Of a stretch of 64,000 nt of DNA, positions 50,101 to 62,213 are shown piece by piece. The translations under genes and the position numbers were made by a program. How positions within the stretch are numbered: position 1 is the first letter of the stretch; every line of letters starts with the position of its first letter. Origin of the DNA: Macrostomum lignano (Eukaryota); assembly GCA_002269645.1 (NCBI GenBank), contig NIVC01003318.1:40233-104232 (forward strand), in the 5' to 3' direction. The notes beneath the pieces were generated by a model. That model did no database searches. It was not told the origin of the DNA and saw nothing but the letters and a program-made list of their open reading frames with translations.

Positions 50101-50958
50101 TAGAGATGCTAGATTGTAGATAGAGATGCTAGATTGTAGATAGAGATGATAGATTCTAGATAGAGACGGTAGATTGTAGATAGAGATTGTAGATTGTAGA
50201 TAGAGATGGTAGATTGTAGATAGAGATGGTAGATTGTAGATAGAGATGGTAGATTGTAGATAGAGATGGTAGATTGTAGATAGAGATGGTAGATTGTAGA
50301 TAGGGACGGTAGATTGTATTGTAGATAGGGACGGTAGATTGTAGATAGGGACGGTAGATTGTAGATAGGGACGGTAGATTGTAGATAGAGATTGTAGATT
50401 GTAGATAGAGATGGTAGATTGTAGATAGAGATGGTAGATTGTAGATAGAGATGGTAGATTGTAGATAGAGATGGTAGATTGTAGATAGGGACGGTAGATT
50501 GTATTGTAGATAGGGACGGTAGATTGTAGATAGGGACGGTAGATTGTAGATAGGGACGGTAGATTGTAGATAGGGACGGTAGATTGTAGATAGGGACGGC
50601 AGATTGTAGATAGGGACGGCAGATTGTAGATAGGGACGGCAGATTGTAGATAGGGACGGCAGATTGTAGGCAGAGATGCAGAGTAGATCATACAGATGGC
50701 ATAGTGGAGTCACCAGCTGCAGAATCTCCGACGCCCCCGCAGCCAGTTCAGCTGGCCTATTCACTGAACGAAGCGTTCAAAGTTGCCGCAAGAAATCTAG
50801 CGGAGCAGCAACGGCAGCAACCGCACGGCCTCGCGGCTGCGAGCATAGATGAGCAGCCGTTGGTTTGGTGCGAGGCCCAGGCTCGAACCCTGTCCGCTTC
50901 ACGGGCCGACTCTTCAGCCTCGGAGCTTCAGAGCGGTTGGGTTCAGTTTTCAGCTTGA
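44174..50958 (+). CDS. PTB-domain adaptor protein (LDLRAP1/ARH-like family)
   Basis: Exons 48477-48634 (GIQFLVKYSGSQ), 48997-49251 (LTLSIRGIEL...IAYCTADKRNNRVFGFVAR...HVCKC) and 50743-50958 (LAYSLNEAFKVA, stop) form a PTB fold in compatible phases. The first exon 44174-44195 (ATG...A|GTATGT, phase 1) is tentative. Confidence 0.78.
45482..47485 (+). mobile_element. CpG-decayed Helitron sharing its 5' ~550 bp with the 41503 element; contains a 24-bp array split by a solo LTR
   Basis: TCTATATAATAAAA start. 45529-46050 aligns with 41537-42030. Ends CTAG|T at 47482-47486. ATTGCACTTGATAAACCAAGGATT repeats at 46100-46327 and 47197-47400. Confidence 0.72.
46328..47196. mobile_element. Solo LTR (869 bp), probably Gypsy-type
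   Basis: Begins TG(TTATG) and ends (GTA)CA. ATTA 4-bp duplication at 46324-46327 and 47197-47200. It interrupts the 24-bp array, which resumes in register. Confidence 0.68.
48690..48880. repeat. (CCCATCT..)-type pyrimidine-rich short tandem repeat in a PTB-gene intron
   Basis: Repeated CCCATCTC/CCTATCCC motifs (12-bp period). Confidence 0.85.
49305..50670. repeat. 20-bp minisatellite (AGATTGTAGATAGAGATGGT) filling a PTB-gene intron
   Basis: About 1.35 kb of tandem units with GAT/GAC/GCT variants. Confidence 0.96.
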
Positions 50959-51014
50959 CTTTTTATTAAAATGTAAATGGGATTTTGTTTTGTTTGTTGG
51001 CATGTAATTGGAAT

Positions 51015-52320
51015 TACACAGTGGTCATAGATGGTCAAACGAATTCCACAGTGGTCATAGATGGTCAGACGAATTCCACATTGGTCATAGATGGTCAAAC
51101 GAATTCCACATTGGTCATAGATGGTCAAACGAATTCCACATTGGTCATAGATGGTCAAACGAATTCCACATTGGTCATAGATGATTAAACGAAATCGAAA
51201 TTGGTCATAGATGGTCAAATGAATTCGAAATTGGTCATTGATGATCAAACGAATTCCATATTAGTCATAGTTGGTCAAAAAAGTTCCACATTGGTCATAG
51301 ATAGTTGGTCAAACGAATTCCACATTGGTCATAGATAGTTGGTCAAACGAATTCCACATTGGTCATAGATAGTTGGTCAAACGAATTCCACATTGGTCAT
51401 AGATAGTTGGTCAAACGAATTCCACATTGGTCATAGATAGTTGGTCAAACGAATTCCACATTGGCAATAGATAGTTGGTCAAACGAATTCCACATTGGTC
51501 ATAGATAGTTGGTCAAACGAATTCCACATTGGCAATAGATAGTTGGTCAAACGAATTCCACATTGGCAATAGATAGTTGGTCAAACGAATTCCACATTGG
51601 TCATAGATAGTTGGTCAAACGAATTCCACATTGGTCATAGATAGTTGGTCAAACGAATTCCACATTGGCAATAGATAGTTGGTCAAACGAATTCCACATT
51701 GGTCATAGATAGTTGGTCAAACGAATTCCACATTGGCAATAGATAGTTGGTCAAACGAATTCCACATTGGCAATAGATAGTTGGTCAAACGAATTCCACA
51801 TTGGTCATAGATAGTTGGTCAAACGAATTCCACATTGGCAATAGATAGTTGGTCAAACGAATTCCACATTGGTCATAGATAGTTGGTCAAACGAATTCCA
51901 CATTGGTCATAGATAGTTGGTCAAACGAATTCCACATTGGCAATAGATAGTTGGTCAAACGAATTCCACATTGGCAATAGATAGTTGGTCAAACGAATTC
52001 CACATTGGCAATAGATAGTTGGTCAAACGAATTCCACATTGGTCATAGATAGTTGGTCAAACGAATTCCACATTGGCAATAGATAGTTGGTCAAACGAAT
52101 TCCACATTGGTCATAGATAGTTGGTCAAACGAATTCCACATTGGCAATAGATAGTTGGTCAAACGAATTCCACATTGGCAATAGATAGTTGGTCAAACGA
52201 ATTCCACATTGGCAATAGATAGTTGGTCAAACGAATTCCACATTGGCAATAGATAGTTGGTCAAACGAATTCCACATTGGCAATAGATAGTTGGTCAAAC
52301 GAATTCAAAATTGGTCATAG
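51015..52320. repeat. 30/34-bp minisatellite (GGTCATAGAT[AGTT]GGTCAAACGAATTCCACATT) 3' of the PTB gene
   Basis: Contiguous tandem units with no unique spacers. Confidence 0.96.
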
Positions 52321-53759
52321 ATGATCAAACGAATTCGAAATTTGGTTATAAATTGTCAAACTGGCGAATATTTACTCGGCCTTAATTGATTAATTCATTG
52401 AAATGTTTAATCGGTCATATGAGAATTTAATTTTTATTGAAATTTGCAACATTTGATTTGCCTTCTTATTCTTTGTCGACAAAACTTGGCCTTTTTTGTT
52501 TTAAACGCAGCTGCTCGTTTGCTTTTGAGGGCATTGTTGAGAATGCGAAATATTTGTTAAACAGAGCAGATCAATATAAAGTTCCCTCCCTGCTAATTAG
52601 TTTACTCTTTTGTATAAGCTTTTTATTATTATTTAGTTTTATTTTTTATCCGCTCTGCCTTTGCAGATAGTTCTCACATTTAATTTACGAGCCATTTGTT
52701 ACTTGCACCTGTAAGGCCATTTTTACTGCGCATCCTGTCAGATGCTCGTCTCGAGCTCTCTTAATCTCTGTGCTATTTGGTTAGTTGCTTTCGAGTGCTA
52801 ATTAATAAAACACGCACTATGTAAATTTCAAGGTAAATTCCGTAAATTGCGATGGAAACCTTTTTATCGTTGTTTTCGCAATTCTTCTTTTTAGTTTTAT
52901 TCGTAGAATTGTCTTAAAAAACATTTTAAGAACTACTTTTGGTATGTAGTAGTATAGTGAAAATTGTGTTGTAGTTGACGGGTGAAATTTTGCGCTTTGA
53001 TTTGCATCTGTATCAAAAGATCCCTGCGAACTTTTATTTCTAGTGTAGCTGGTTGGACTAAGGCTTCAGATAGCTGAATTAAATTCCTTTTAAAAAGTTT
53101 CTTAGGCTTCTTTCTGCCCGATTTCGAGTAGTTAGGAAAAATATGATTAAAGCTGCTAGTTGATCTGTGCTTCAGTGATGATAGCGTCTAAGAACTTTCT
53201 GCCAAGCTCTACGCTCGTAATGACGCACTACAATGATCATCTGGCACATCTGGGTAATCTGAAACTGTACAGTAATTATCTGACGCATCTATCAGTGACC
53301 TTCAGTTATTATTGGCTGCAGGAGGGCTATGGGCACCCTGACACAGCGCCTTCATGGGTCAGGGTGGAAGAGTTGTAAAATTCCATTTCGGCTCTTGAGC
53401 AATCTCATATAATGTATACTGTAGGTGATGCGTTTACCTTTAATTACATGTAACCCTTATCCGCCGTGTCGTCGGATCCTTTTTACAAAGAATTTCGATT
53501 TGCTTCCACATGTATTTGATGCAATTTATTAATTCCAGCATCACCGATGAATGACCTGTTTGATAAGCCGAGTCCTCAATTATCAAAGTTTATAATTTAT
53601 GCTTGCTCACGGCTTCTTTTTGGCAGTTTAATTAATGCATACTGGAACATCCATGCCGCATACAAACTTTGTCAGAGTAGTCAAGGGTAGGGATTCATGT
53701 CACGGGATTAATTACTCCCTTTACTCGATTAGCTAATTAATTTCCCACAAGGGCCGGTT

Positions 53760-54560
53760 CCGATAAAAGAATGTCCTTTTGTGTCGTGTTCAGCATGATT
53801 ATGGTCGATCAGCTGGTGTGGAACCCGACTGGCCCGCGGGACGAATGACAACAAAGCGCGAAGCACAGGGCCACTGTACCGTACGTTGCGGCTAGAACCT
53901 GTAATGGGAAGGAAGGTTCGGGTCCAACTGCACCGACTGCAGACGGTCGAGAAGCAGCCAATTAAAAAGGTTCGTGGTACAGGACATCAGCGAGATCCCC
54001 CGGTTGTCTTCTTTCCTCGTCGTCCTGGTCTTCTTTAGAATTGGCAAGATTCGCTGTGTGCAGCTCGTGAGCGCGCCGTTCGTCATCACGCTTGCAATTT
54101 GGGAAGCCAAATAGCCAAGCTGCAAAACTTCGACCGGGACTTCGTTCGGCCATAGCGCCTTGCCGCCAGGTGTTTTACGAGCGAAAACCCCGCGTCTTTT
54201 TGGGTAATTTTGCTGGTGCAGAAGTTCTCAGCAGGCGCGTTTAAGATGCCCCTTTAGAAGTCGTGCAATTTCATTCCTGCGCTCCTCCGCGGGATTGTCG
54301 CCGACCAAGTATCAGGGCCACGCGCTTTTTGCGCCCAGTCAAGGTCGGCTGCAGTGATGGATCGGATGGCGTCCTCGACAGCAGCCTTCTGCAGCTCATC
54401 CAGTAGACGCGTAAAAAGCCTCAGTTTCTCTTAAGGCGTTCGATTTGAGCTGCGTCTATCTGATGGTTGGGTCGCTCCTCTGTCAGTTGCTCACGACGAT
54501 GCTGGTGTCTGCATACAAGCGCGCCAGCGAAGGCATCCGCAAACTGTGCTTTTTGTGCAG
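53760..54560 (-). mobile_element. Decayed non-LTR retrotransposon (RTE-like) ORF2 fragment
   Basis: ILPILKK...NRGISLMSCTTNLFNWLLLDRL...LDPNLP matches the pre-RT IxPIxKK...NYRGISLxS..K.F...L..RL motif of LINEs. Frameshifted. Confidence 0.68.
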
Positions 54561-56401
54561 GAGTCCAGCAGAGTGCGGTACTAGAGCTGGTCTTTGAGTC
54601 GACATTCTAAGAATTCGCAAAACATTCCATCTACATTCCTTTTTAGCGCTATCGACTTTTCACTTCAATGGACAAGCCTTCCAGGTTTCTGTATTTCGAC
54701 TCTGGATTTTCTTATTAATATTTCTTTTTTTGTCACCCATGTGTTTCTTCTGAGCCCAAAAGCGCCATGCCAGAATAAAGCCGACCAAAAAATGATCACG
54801 AACTATTTAATGGTTCTTGCTTTCATCTTAGCATGCTTGACAGGATATACAGGATAAGCATTGCTTTCACAGCTAAGATGCTCCAATATTTCAATGCTCG
54901 TCACGAAACTGCCAGGAGCAGCCCACAGTCTACTATACTCAGCGCCTCTACAGCCGCTTGGATCCGACAGAAAGAAACGCATTGGTTAAATCGAAAAATT
55001 AAGACTGAGGGAATCGGCACGAATTTGTAAATTCTCAAGTCGCGATTGTTATTCGACATGCTAACAAATTAAACAAATAACACAATACCACATTTTATCA
55101 AGTGTGTTTCCTGTGCTTACCAACCATATACCAGAGTGCTTTCTGCAAGTTGTTGCGTTAGCACTGAATTGGCCAACGAAATCGAAACGAAAACTTCGTC
55201 CGTCCAGGTCTGCGTGCTCGACTACATCAAGGATGCGGGGCGTTGAAGGACAGCCGATGAAAACTCCAGTTCATTTAACTTGGGGGTCTAGTTCCCGACG
55301 GTTCAAACGAAGGTATACGGCTCGTATGGCATTTGCCTGGCCTGGACTGTCTTTTGTTCCGTGAAAGCAGCGACGGCGACTCCAGCTGGCAGGCCGCACC
55401 ATCCATGCCGGTGCGCAGGCAAAAATAGGCACGTGCGGTTTTCACATAGCAGCTTCCTGATTCTCAGGTGTGTTCATGGACCCCTCTTTAGATGCCCTAA
55501 TTAATTGCCTTTATCAGTTCTTATAGAGTAAACTGATTAGACATTCTGTATCAAGATTACGCTTGCCAATTGGGCATAGTTATTAGATTAGCTAAATTTT
55601 TATTAGTTCCTAGAAAGGCATGGGTCAATCGAATTCCACAGTTAATTGGTTTAGCATTGGTCTCCTCAGCAGTAGCATGGTCTAAATCAAAATTTAATAA
55701 GTGGGCCTGCAAAGATCGCATATGGCAGACCTAAAAACCGAGAAATCCTGGAAAATTTGCTTGCAGATGGTATTAAGATGCTAATGAATATTGAGGCTCG
55801 GTTGAAAAAAAGGAAGCTTCTAGCAAGAATTGGATTCAAAAGCCCTGCACAGACACCTTGAGGAATTATTCAACTTGTAGCCAGAGTGATTTTAATACTT
55901 TGCCTGTTTGCTATATATTTAGCTATATGGTTTTTACTGCGCAAAAACTGAAATCAACGGATCAATTTGGTTTATCTAGCGAACATAAATCTCCAAACCT
56001 ATGCTTTCGCTATCCTCTATCTGTCCACCAGACTGATTTTAGCTTATGGTCCTCTGTGTCATTATTTTACTTTAGCCATGCCTTCAGCTACCTCAGGACC
56101 AAACCTCTGCTACATGTACCACGCTGACACGTCAGAACAAAAACACAAGGAAGATTGCTATAATGAATTGTTCAATCCAATCTCCTTCTTCCATCACCAC
56201 TTCCATAGACTTTGATATAAAGTATAATATAATACCCCCATCAGAATTGTTTCTTTGTTCTAAAGGATTGGTTTCGGATTGCTTCTCCATAGGCCATAGC
56301 CATAATCAGCTCATGGATTACTTCACCTTTTTCAATTCAATTTTCATCAAAGTCATATTTAACTTAGTATAGCGGACATTAATCTCACAGTACTATAGAT
56401 A

Positions 56402-56690
56402 CAGTGTATCTTAGTGGCCAGAGTGTCAGCCTCACAACTGAAATGTCGGGGTTCGATTCTCGACCCACTCGGAACAATTCGTGTCATTGAGTAAGACACT
56501 TAACTCTGCATTGCTTCAGTTCACCCAGCTGTAAAATGGGTGCCAGCATTAGCTGGGGTAATCGAGGGTGTGTGTGGCGACCCCCCAGTCCTTGGACTGA
56601 ACAGCCGTACGCAGCCTTCAGATGCGCCGCGCCAACACCCATTAAAGCAGGTGTAATAAAATATTAATTATTACTTATTAATTATTACTA
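56402..56690 (+). mobile_element. tRNA-derived SINE family A, near full-length, with CORE/V-like central block and (ATT)-rich tail
   Basis: B box GGTTCGATTCTC. GTGTCATTGAGTAAGACACTTAACTC...CACCCAGCTGTAAAATGGG resembles the conserved central domains of CORE/V-type SINEs. Confidence 0.82.
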
Positions 56691-58319
56691 TTATTTTGAA
56701 AGGAGAGCGCTTGATATAGACGAAGTTACATGCCAAAGTATCCAAATTGAGTATCACTGTCGAATTTGAACGCAGGTTTTTTAATGTGAATTCTGGTTTA
56801 ATAAGATAAATATAGAACTTTGAAAGTGAATGGCTGTTTTTTTATAAATTGAAAACAACTTTGATTGAAACTGAACTGAAAAAGGTGTAGAAAGTCGCAT
56901 TTATTGCTTTCTGGCGAGTCCAGTTCAGCATAGAAGAAGAGGGTTTGCTTTCCAATCTTGGCAACTTGGAGCCTTCAAATATGGAGATTTCTCCGGATCT
57001 ACATGTACTTGACTTGTTGATGCAAACTGCTTCAGCAAAAACAGCAGCCGATTCCAGACACTGACAGAAGAAGACGTTTAGCGAGAGATCGATAGGGAGC
57101 TGATCCTTTGCATGCCAACAAGAAGAAAGTCAAAATATAAGGCTATAAATCTTTCCAGTAGCCAGAGACTCGTCAACTGGAGAGAAGGCTGTAGAATCGC
57201 ACAGCGAGCTTCCAGAGCAGAATGCGAGTCTCTAGTTTTCAATAAAAAATAAGACGCGAATTACAGTCAACACTGCAGTTGCTTATTTCTAATTTGACTG
57301 ACCTAGTTTCTCGACTAGAAATGTTTTTTTTGCTGGTTACATTGCTGATTCGGATTAACTGAAATGTTTAACTCCATTTAAGCAAGTTTTCTCATGTTTG
57401 AACTACGAGTGGTTACTTGATGAATTGCATGTCCTGCTGGCCCGGGTTATATAGTTTAGCCTGCATAAGTTTGGACCATCAACTAATTGAAATGTGAAGC
57501 CATAAAAAATGCTAGCTAGTAGCTCTGACAGTTGGCTATAGTATACACGATCGAAACAGCGGACAGGCAAGTAGCTGCAGAATTTGCTATTAGCTAGCCG
57601 ATACTATGTGAATTTAGAAATTATGAATCTACTCGTATGTATGCGTGTATTTGGCTTTCTAAGTCACTGTATTGCGTGTATATCTAGTGCGGCTATAGCT
57701 TATTATAATACTGTCTAGAATGTGGTAAATTATGTAACACGATAGGACATGCAGTGCTGCGACCAGACTCGGAGAGGGAGAGAGAGAGAAGGTTGAGGAA
57801 AATGGTTAAGACGAATCCACTCTATGCAGCCTTCTGTCTTCCCAAGTTCTTGCTTTGAAGAAGAGTTTCCTGCAGCTGTCAACAAGTTGCGGTTCTGTTT
57901 GGCTCCGGGTGGTTTAGTGCAGGGTTGGCCCACTCGATCTGTTTTGCTGATTGCACATGCTGCAACCATGCAGCATTGACTATCAGCAATGGGTTAGCTA
58001 GTGCTGAAGTCTGATGCATTTGAGGGAGAAAAGCTTTCCAACCAGTCAAGCTAAATTGCCATTTTAAAAGTCACTGATCTTGGTTGATAGGTAACTAAAC
58101 GTTTTCCCCATGCACTGGTGCACGGCTTTGTTGAAATTTTTCCACCTGTGTGATAAGTACATGCTTACTAGCAATTGACAATTCGACCATCATTGTGGAA
58201 TTAGCAGAACGTCGATATGGGGTAATTCTGCCTTTTTAAGGCAGATTAAATAGTTGGAGACCAACTTTAGAATGAAAAACTGTCTGCAAGCAACATGAGT
58301 TGATGGCTATGCTATTTAG

Positions 58320-58545
58320 GACTTCTGGTTGTACAATGTGCTTCAGGACTTCTGGTTTCACAGTGTGGTTCAAGATTTCTGGTTGCACAGGGGGGGGGGG
58401 GGTTCAGGACCTTTGGATGCACAATGGGGTTCAGGACTTCTGGTTGCACAATGGGTTTCAGGACTTCTGCTTGCACAATGGGGTTCAGGACTTCTGGTTG
58501 CACAAGGGGTTTCAGGACTTCTGGGTGCACAATGGGGTGCAGGGC
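58320..58545. repeat. 27-bp minisatellite (CAGGACTTCTGGTTGCACAATGGGGTT)
   Basis: About 8 tandem units. Confidence 0.9.
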
Positions 58546-59529
58546 TCCATGACTTTTACGCTTTTATCCTGATCCTAATCCTTGGGATGACATGCTCGTA
58601 AAATTTTTACGAGCATATTGCAAATTGTCACGATATGTCCAGGTAATCAGCAGGCATCCCTCTTAAAGGGATGAGAGGCTGCTCAAAAGACCTCATCAAG
58701 AGCACGATTTGGCCAGTCCCTCTCTCCGGACTCCTAATCATCTTATACTTAACGCCAGTTCTCTCAGTCAGTCAAAGTACGAGTAACTCAAGCACTCAGC
58801 ACGAAAAGCTTCCGTTGTTAAATCCAAAAGACCAAATTCTTCCAGAACTAATCTCCATTCCAATCAGTAATTTCGTAACTTAATTATCTTTATTTTCCCA
58901 ATAGGCTGGAACGGGTCTGAAAGTCCCATAATTTGCCCGAGAGGGACAAGTCCTCCAATATCAGTGTTGGCCAAGAGGGAAAAATTGCCACGCAGCTGAG
59001 GGGATTCATAATCCATTATTGGGCGCAATCAGGAAGGTTGGCTGGTTCTAATTTTGTCTCCCAGGAGTCATCCTCGCCAGTCTTGTGTGCGCGCGGGAGG
59101 GCGAGCCGCTATTGAAGCTTTTAAAACCTGTTGCTGAGAGAGAGGGGGCCTTTACGTGAAAAAAAATACATTGACACTTCAAACTCGTCTTGCCTTTCGC
59201 GCTACAGTCCCACTGCTTGTCTGCTGACTGACGCTGAGAAAGATCACGGATGATCTGTGGGGGGAGAGGCGCTTTCACGAGATCCAACTTTCGCATCGCC
59301 TTAAATTTCAGAAGCGAATTTTTTGTTTAATTAATTAAGTAGCTAAGATTTTCATAAACTATGCCTAAACTGGCGAAGTTTAGGCGTATGCGAGAGGTTG
59401 CTTAACTTTAGTGAATGTTATTAAATTTAGGTCTTGTGAAACTTAAGTCTTAAGACTCGTTTACACTGCTATTATATGAGGCAAGAGAAATTTTAGTCGC
59501 CAATCTTTCTGAGTCATCAATGCTTTCTC

Positions 59530-60000
59530 ATTGCGTAGAGCGAACTTATTGTCGCCTAAATTTATCGCTGTAGTGTGCTTGAGCCCCCTCCAGGGAAAAA
59601 TCCGTAGTGAGGAATTCCCTTTTTGCCTCTCCGGTGTCGAAAATGCAGAGCACTTCATCTGTGAATGCTCCACCTTTACTCAGGACAGGCTCACGTACCT
59701 CGGCACAAATTCAGACTTTTCCTGTGTTTTTATGATCGATGAATCTCTGCTAGCTCGTCCGCCACCTAAGGGCTAATCGGGCGAGCGATCATCCACCTGC
59801 ATGGACTCTCCGGAGGGACACGTACTGGCACCACGGCGGATCTCCCTGCCAGGGGTTAGCGGAATGGGCGTCAACGCCTTCCCGCCCGCTGTATCCGGAT
59901 GCCCGGAACCCCCTGCAGCTGAGTCAAGTCAGACCAAGTGCTTGAGCTCCTAAGGGAATCGAAGCCGCAATATGCGGGTTCACCGTGATTCTGGATTTAT
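59530..60000 (+). mobile_element. 3' remnant of a non-LTR retrotransposon (C-terminal zinc-knuckle region and 3' UTR)
   Basis: FPFCLSGVENAEHFICECSTFTQDRLTYLG resembles the C..C....E...H....C...R...LG motif at the end of I/R1-group ORF2 (first Cys lost). Confidence 0.5.
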
Positions 60001-60169
60001 CCAAGAACCCATGAAATGGTCTGGCAGATACTGCGAACTTCAAGAACGAATATCCATTATCAAAATAGGCCAGAGCTAGCTTGCTTTCCTATTGAATTAT
60101 TTATTAAAACCAACTTTGGCAACTGAATTTCATATTTCAAATTGCTAACTGTAGTTCTGTATATATTTC

Positions 60170-60293
60170 GGCCGGTTCACACTAATTTTATATTGCTCAA
60201 ATCAATTTAAGATGGGTCTGAAACAACTGTACATTTATTTGAGCAATCTTTGACCCACGGAACTACATTTACTAGCGTTAATGTGAACCGGCC
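60170..60293. mobile_element. 124-bp Harbinger-type MITE
   Basis: TIRs GGCCGGTTCACACTAA / TTAATGTGAACCGGCC (15/16 match), inner TTGCTCAAAT / ATTTGAGCAA inverted repeat. Flanks TTC and TTA. Confidence 0.6.
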
Positions 60294-60329
60294 TTATGCT
60301 GCCAAGCGCTCTCGAATCTCATCTTTGAA

Positions 60330-60693
60330 TTTTTTAGAGACAGGGGCCGCGAGCACCCTGGCGCACTTTAAGCGAACTTGTCACACAACTGGTGAGAGGC
60401 ATAAAACTGCCCATTCCTCCGAATCCCCTGAGCCGACACACAAGCGCGCGGATACGTACATGTACGCAGTCATACACACAGGCACACACTCACACAGAAT
60501 ATACACACTTTATTTTTATCGTTAGGCATGTACACTTCACAGCGCCTTGGGGGTTGGCCCTCAAGCCCGTAAATTGCACGAGCAGAGCCAAGCCTTGATT
60601 CCAATTTAGCCGAAAATAATGCGACTGCACTTGGAATCGAGCCTGGGCCGCTGGCACATCAGATCGCCGCGCCAGACCACTGGACTACGGCCG
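60330..60693 (-). mobile_element. tRNA-derived SINE family B copy
   Basis: Reverse complement of the copies at 17223 and 28843. Confidence 0.85.
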
Positions 60694-62213
60694 CCGCATC
60701 TCTTTAATCAGCGAGTGCTTCTATTTTCAAAGAATTGTTATGCACCTGACGTACTCTAAAAGTCTCTGGTATAAGCTGCATGCTAGCTCTTATAGTTCAC
60801 TTGTTGAATCTAGCATTCTCCGTAGCTCCCTTGTCACTTACTTATTTCCCTTCTCCCTCCGCAGCACACCGGACGAGGACCTGTCCTGGATGTCGTGTTT
60901 GGTCTGAAAACAACCGGAGAGAAAGCAGGCTGAGAACCCACTAGAGAGCAGGGGAGGAGGACAACTGGATGAGAAATGGACGCCCGCACTCCAAATTCAG
61001 GGTTTGGTTTGGTACGGCGGGAGGAGCTCGCTGGCCACTTAATGATTGGGGTTGCTGACTTTGGAAGATGAAGGACGAGAGAGTCGGATTTTTACGTATA
61101 GCTGAGTGTATATTTGAGCTGCAATAGTTGTAGGCCCCACTAAAATCCCTTCTAAAGCGCAGCCTTTAGTTGCTAAGCAAACTGGTTGGTTAGCTTGTCC
61201 CAAACTTCTGCAAACGGCTGTCAATGGGTGAGGCATTCCGTTAGTGTTAGTACCTGAACAGCGGCTCTCATGGGTCATAATGAAATCTGATGCTGCACTG
61301 ACTGATTCGTTTAATAAAAGTGCTTCAGCTTTCTGCTTTTCTTTGCGCAGTTTTTTGTCGAAAATCACTTCATTACCCAGACTCTACAGACGTACATGAA
61401 ATAGCGTCAATCGACATAAAAAGAGATGCGACGTCTTTTTGAGCGATGCAATTGCAAATAATTTTCTATGCAAACAGAATATTGTGTCCCTGATTCGGAA
61501 CTAAGTTAATATAAACGAGCGCTGCTAAATGACTTTCTCTAAAATTGGTGGTAGAAAAAAGCCAACGCTACGTCACAAAGCTGATCTCGTCATACATGTA
61601 GTTTCTGTCCGCCAGTTGCCATGCGGAAGAGTTTTTTTCCTGGCAGATCATTCCCATCAGCCATTGAACATTTCCAGACCTTTCGCCGCAGTCATTATTA
61701 GAAATTTCAGCATCCGGCAGAACAGATCAGAACAGTTCGTGGCCGGCACCACCTATAAAACCAACCGATTAAGGCCGAAAATCGCACTGTTTTATGCTTA
61801 CGATCGTATAATAATTTTCTATTCCGTTAAACACAGCGACTATAGATTTCGTTTGTTGTTAAAAAAACCGTCGCGGGAAGTAGGCTAAAAAACTATCGTC
61901 TGTAGATCGAACCATAAGAGAACATAAGAGCGATACAAATGTGGTACTCATGATACCTTTACATATCCAACTATAGCTTGAATTGAACAACATCAAAACT
62001 ATAGATTTACTGCTTATAGAATGTTTGTTGCTATTCAAATATTGTGCAGTTTGAATACAGAACACGACATTACGGAGTTTGCTGGGATTTACGGGTCTGT
62101 GGAGTGCATAGTTCTGATAGTGGATAGATATTGCGGTGCATTATCGATTGGTATTATATAGATATACTGTTGCTCCGTTTCAGTGTTCGACGTCATCGTC
62201 ATGCCAGCTCGAA

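Noticed and set aside
46059-50764. KPRIIALD, PSPI/GDGM and STIY repeat ORFs
   Set aside because: Minisatellite translations within introns; no splice or domain support.
51015-52320. 34-bp repeat array as a CRISPR array
   Set aside because: Units are contiguous with no unique spacers, there are no cas genes, and the context is eukaryotic. The same applies to the 29830 and 14884 arrays.
58560-59776. 5'-inverted (twin-primed) LINE formed by the minus-strand WDCSAKGK ORF and the plus-strand zinc-knuckle fragment
   Set aside because: Similarity of the minus fragment to LINE ORF2 is too weak, and no TSD or poly(A) was identified.
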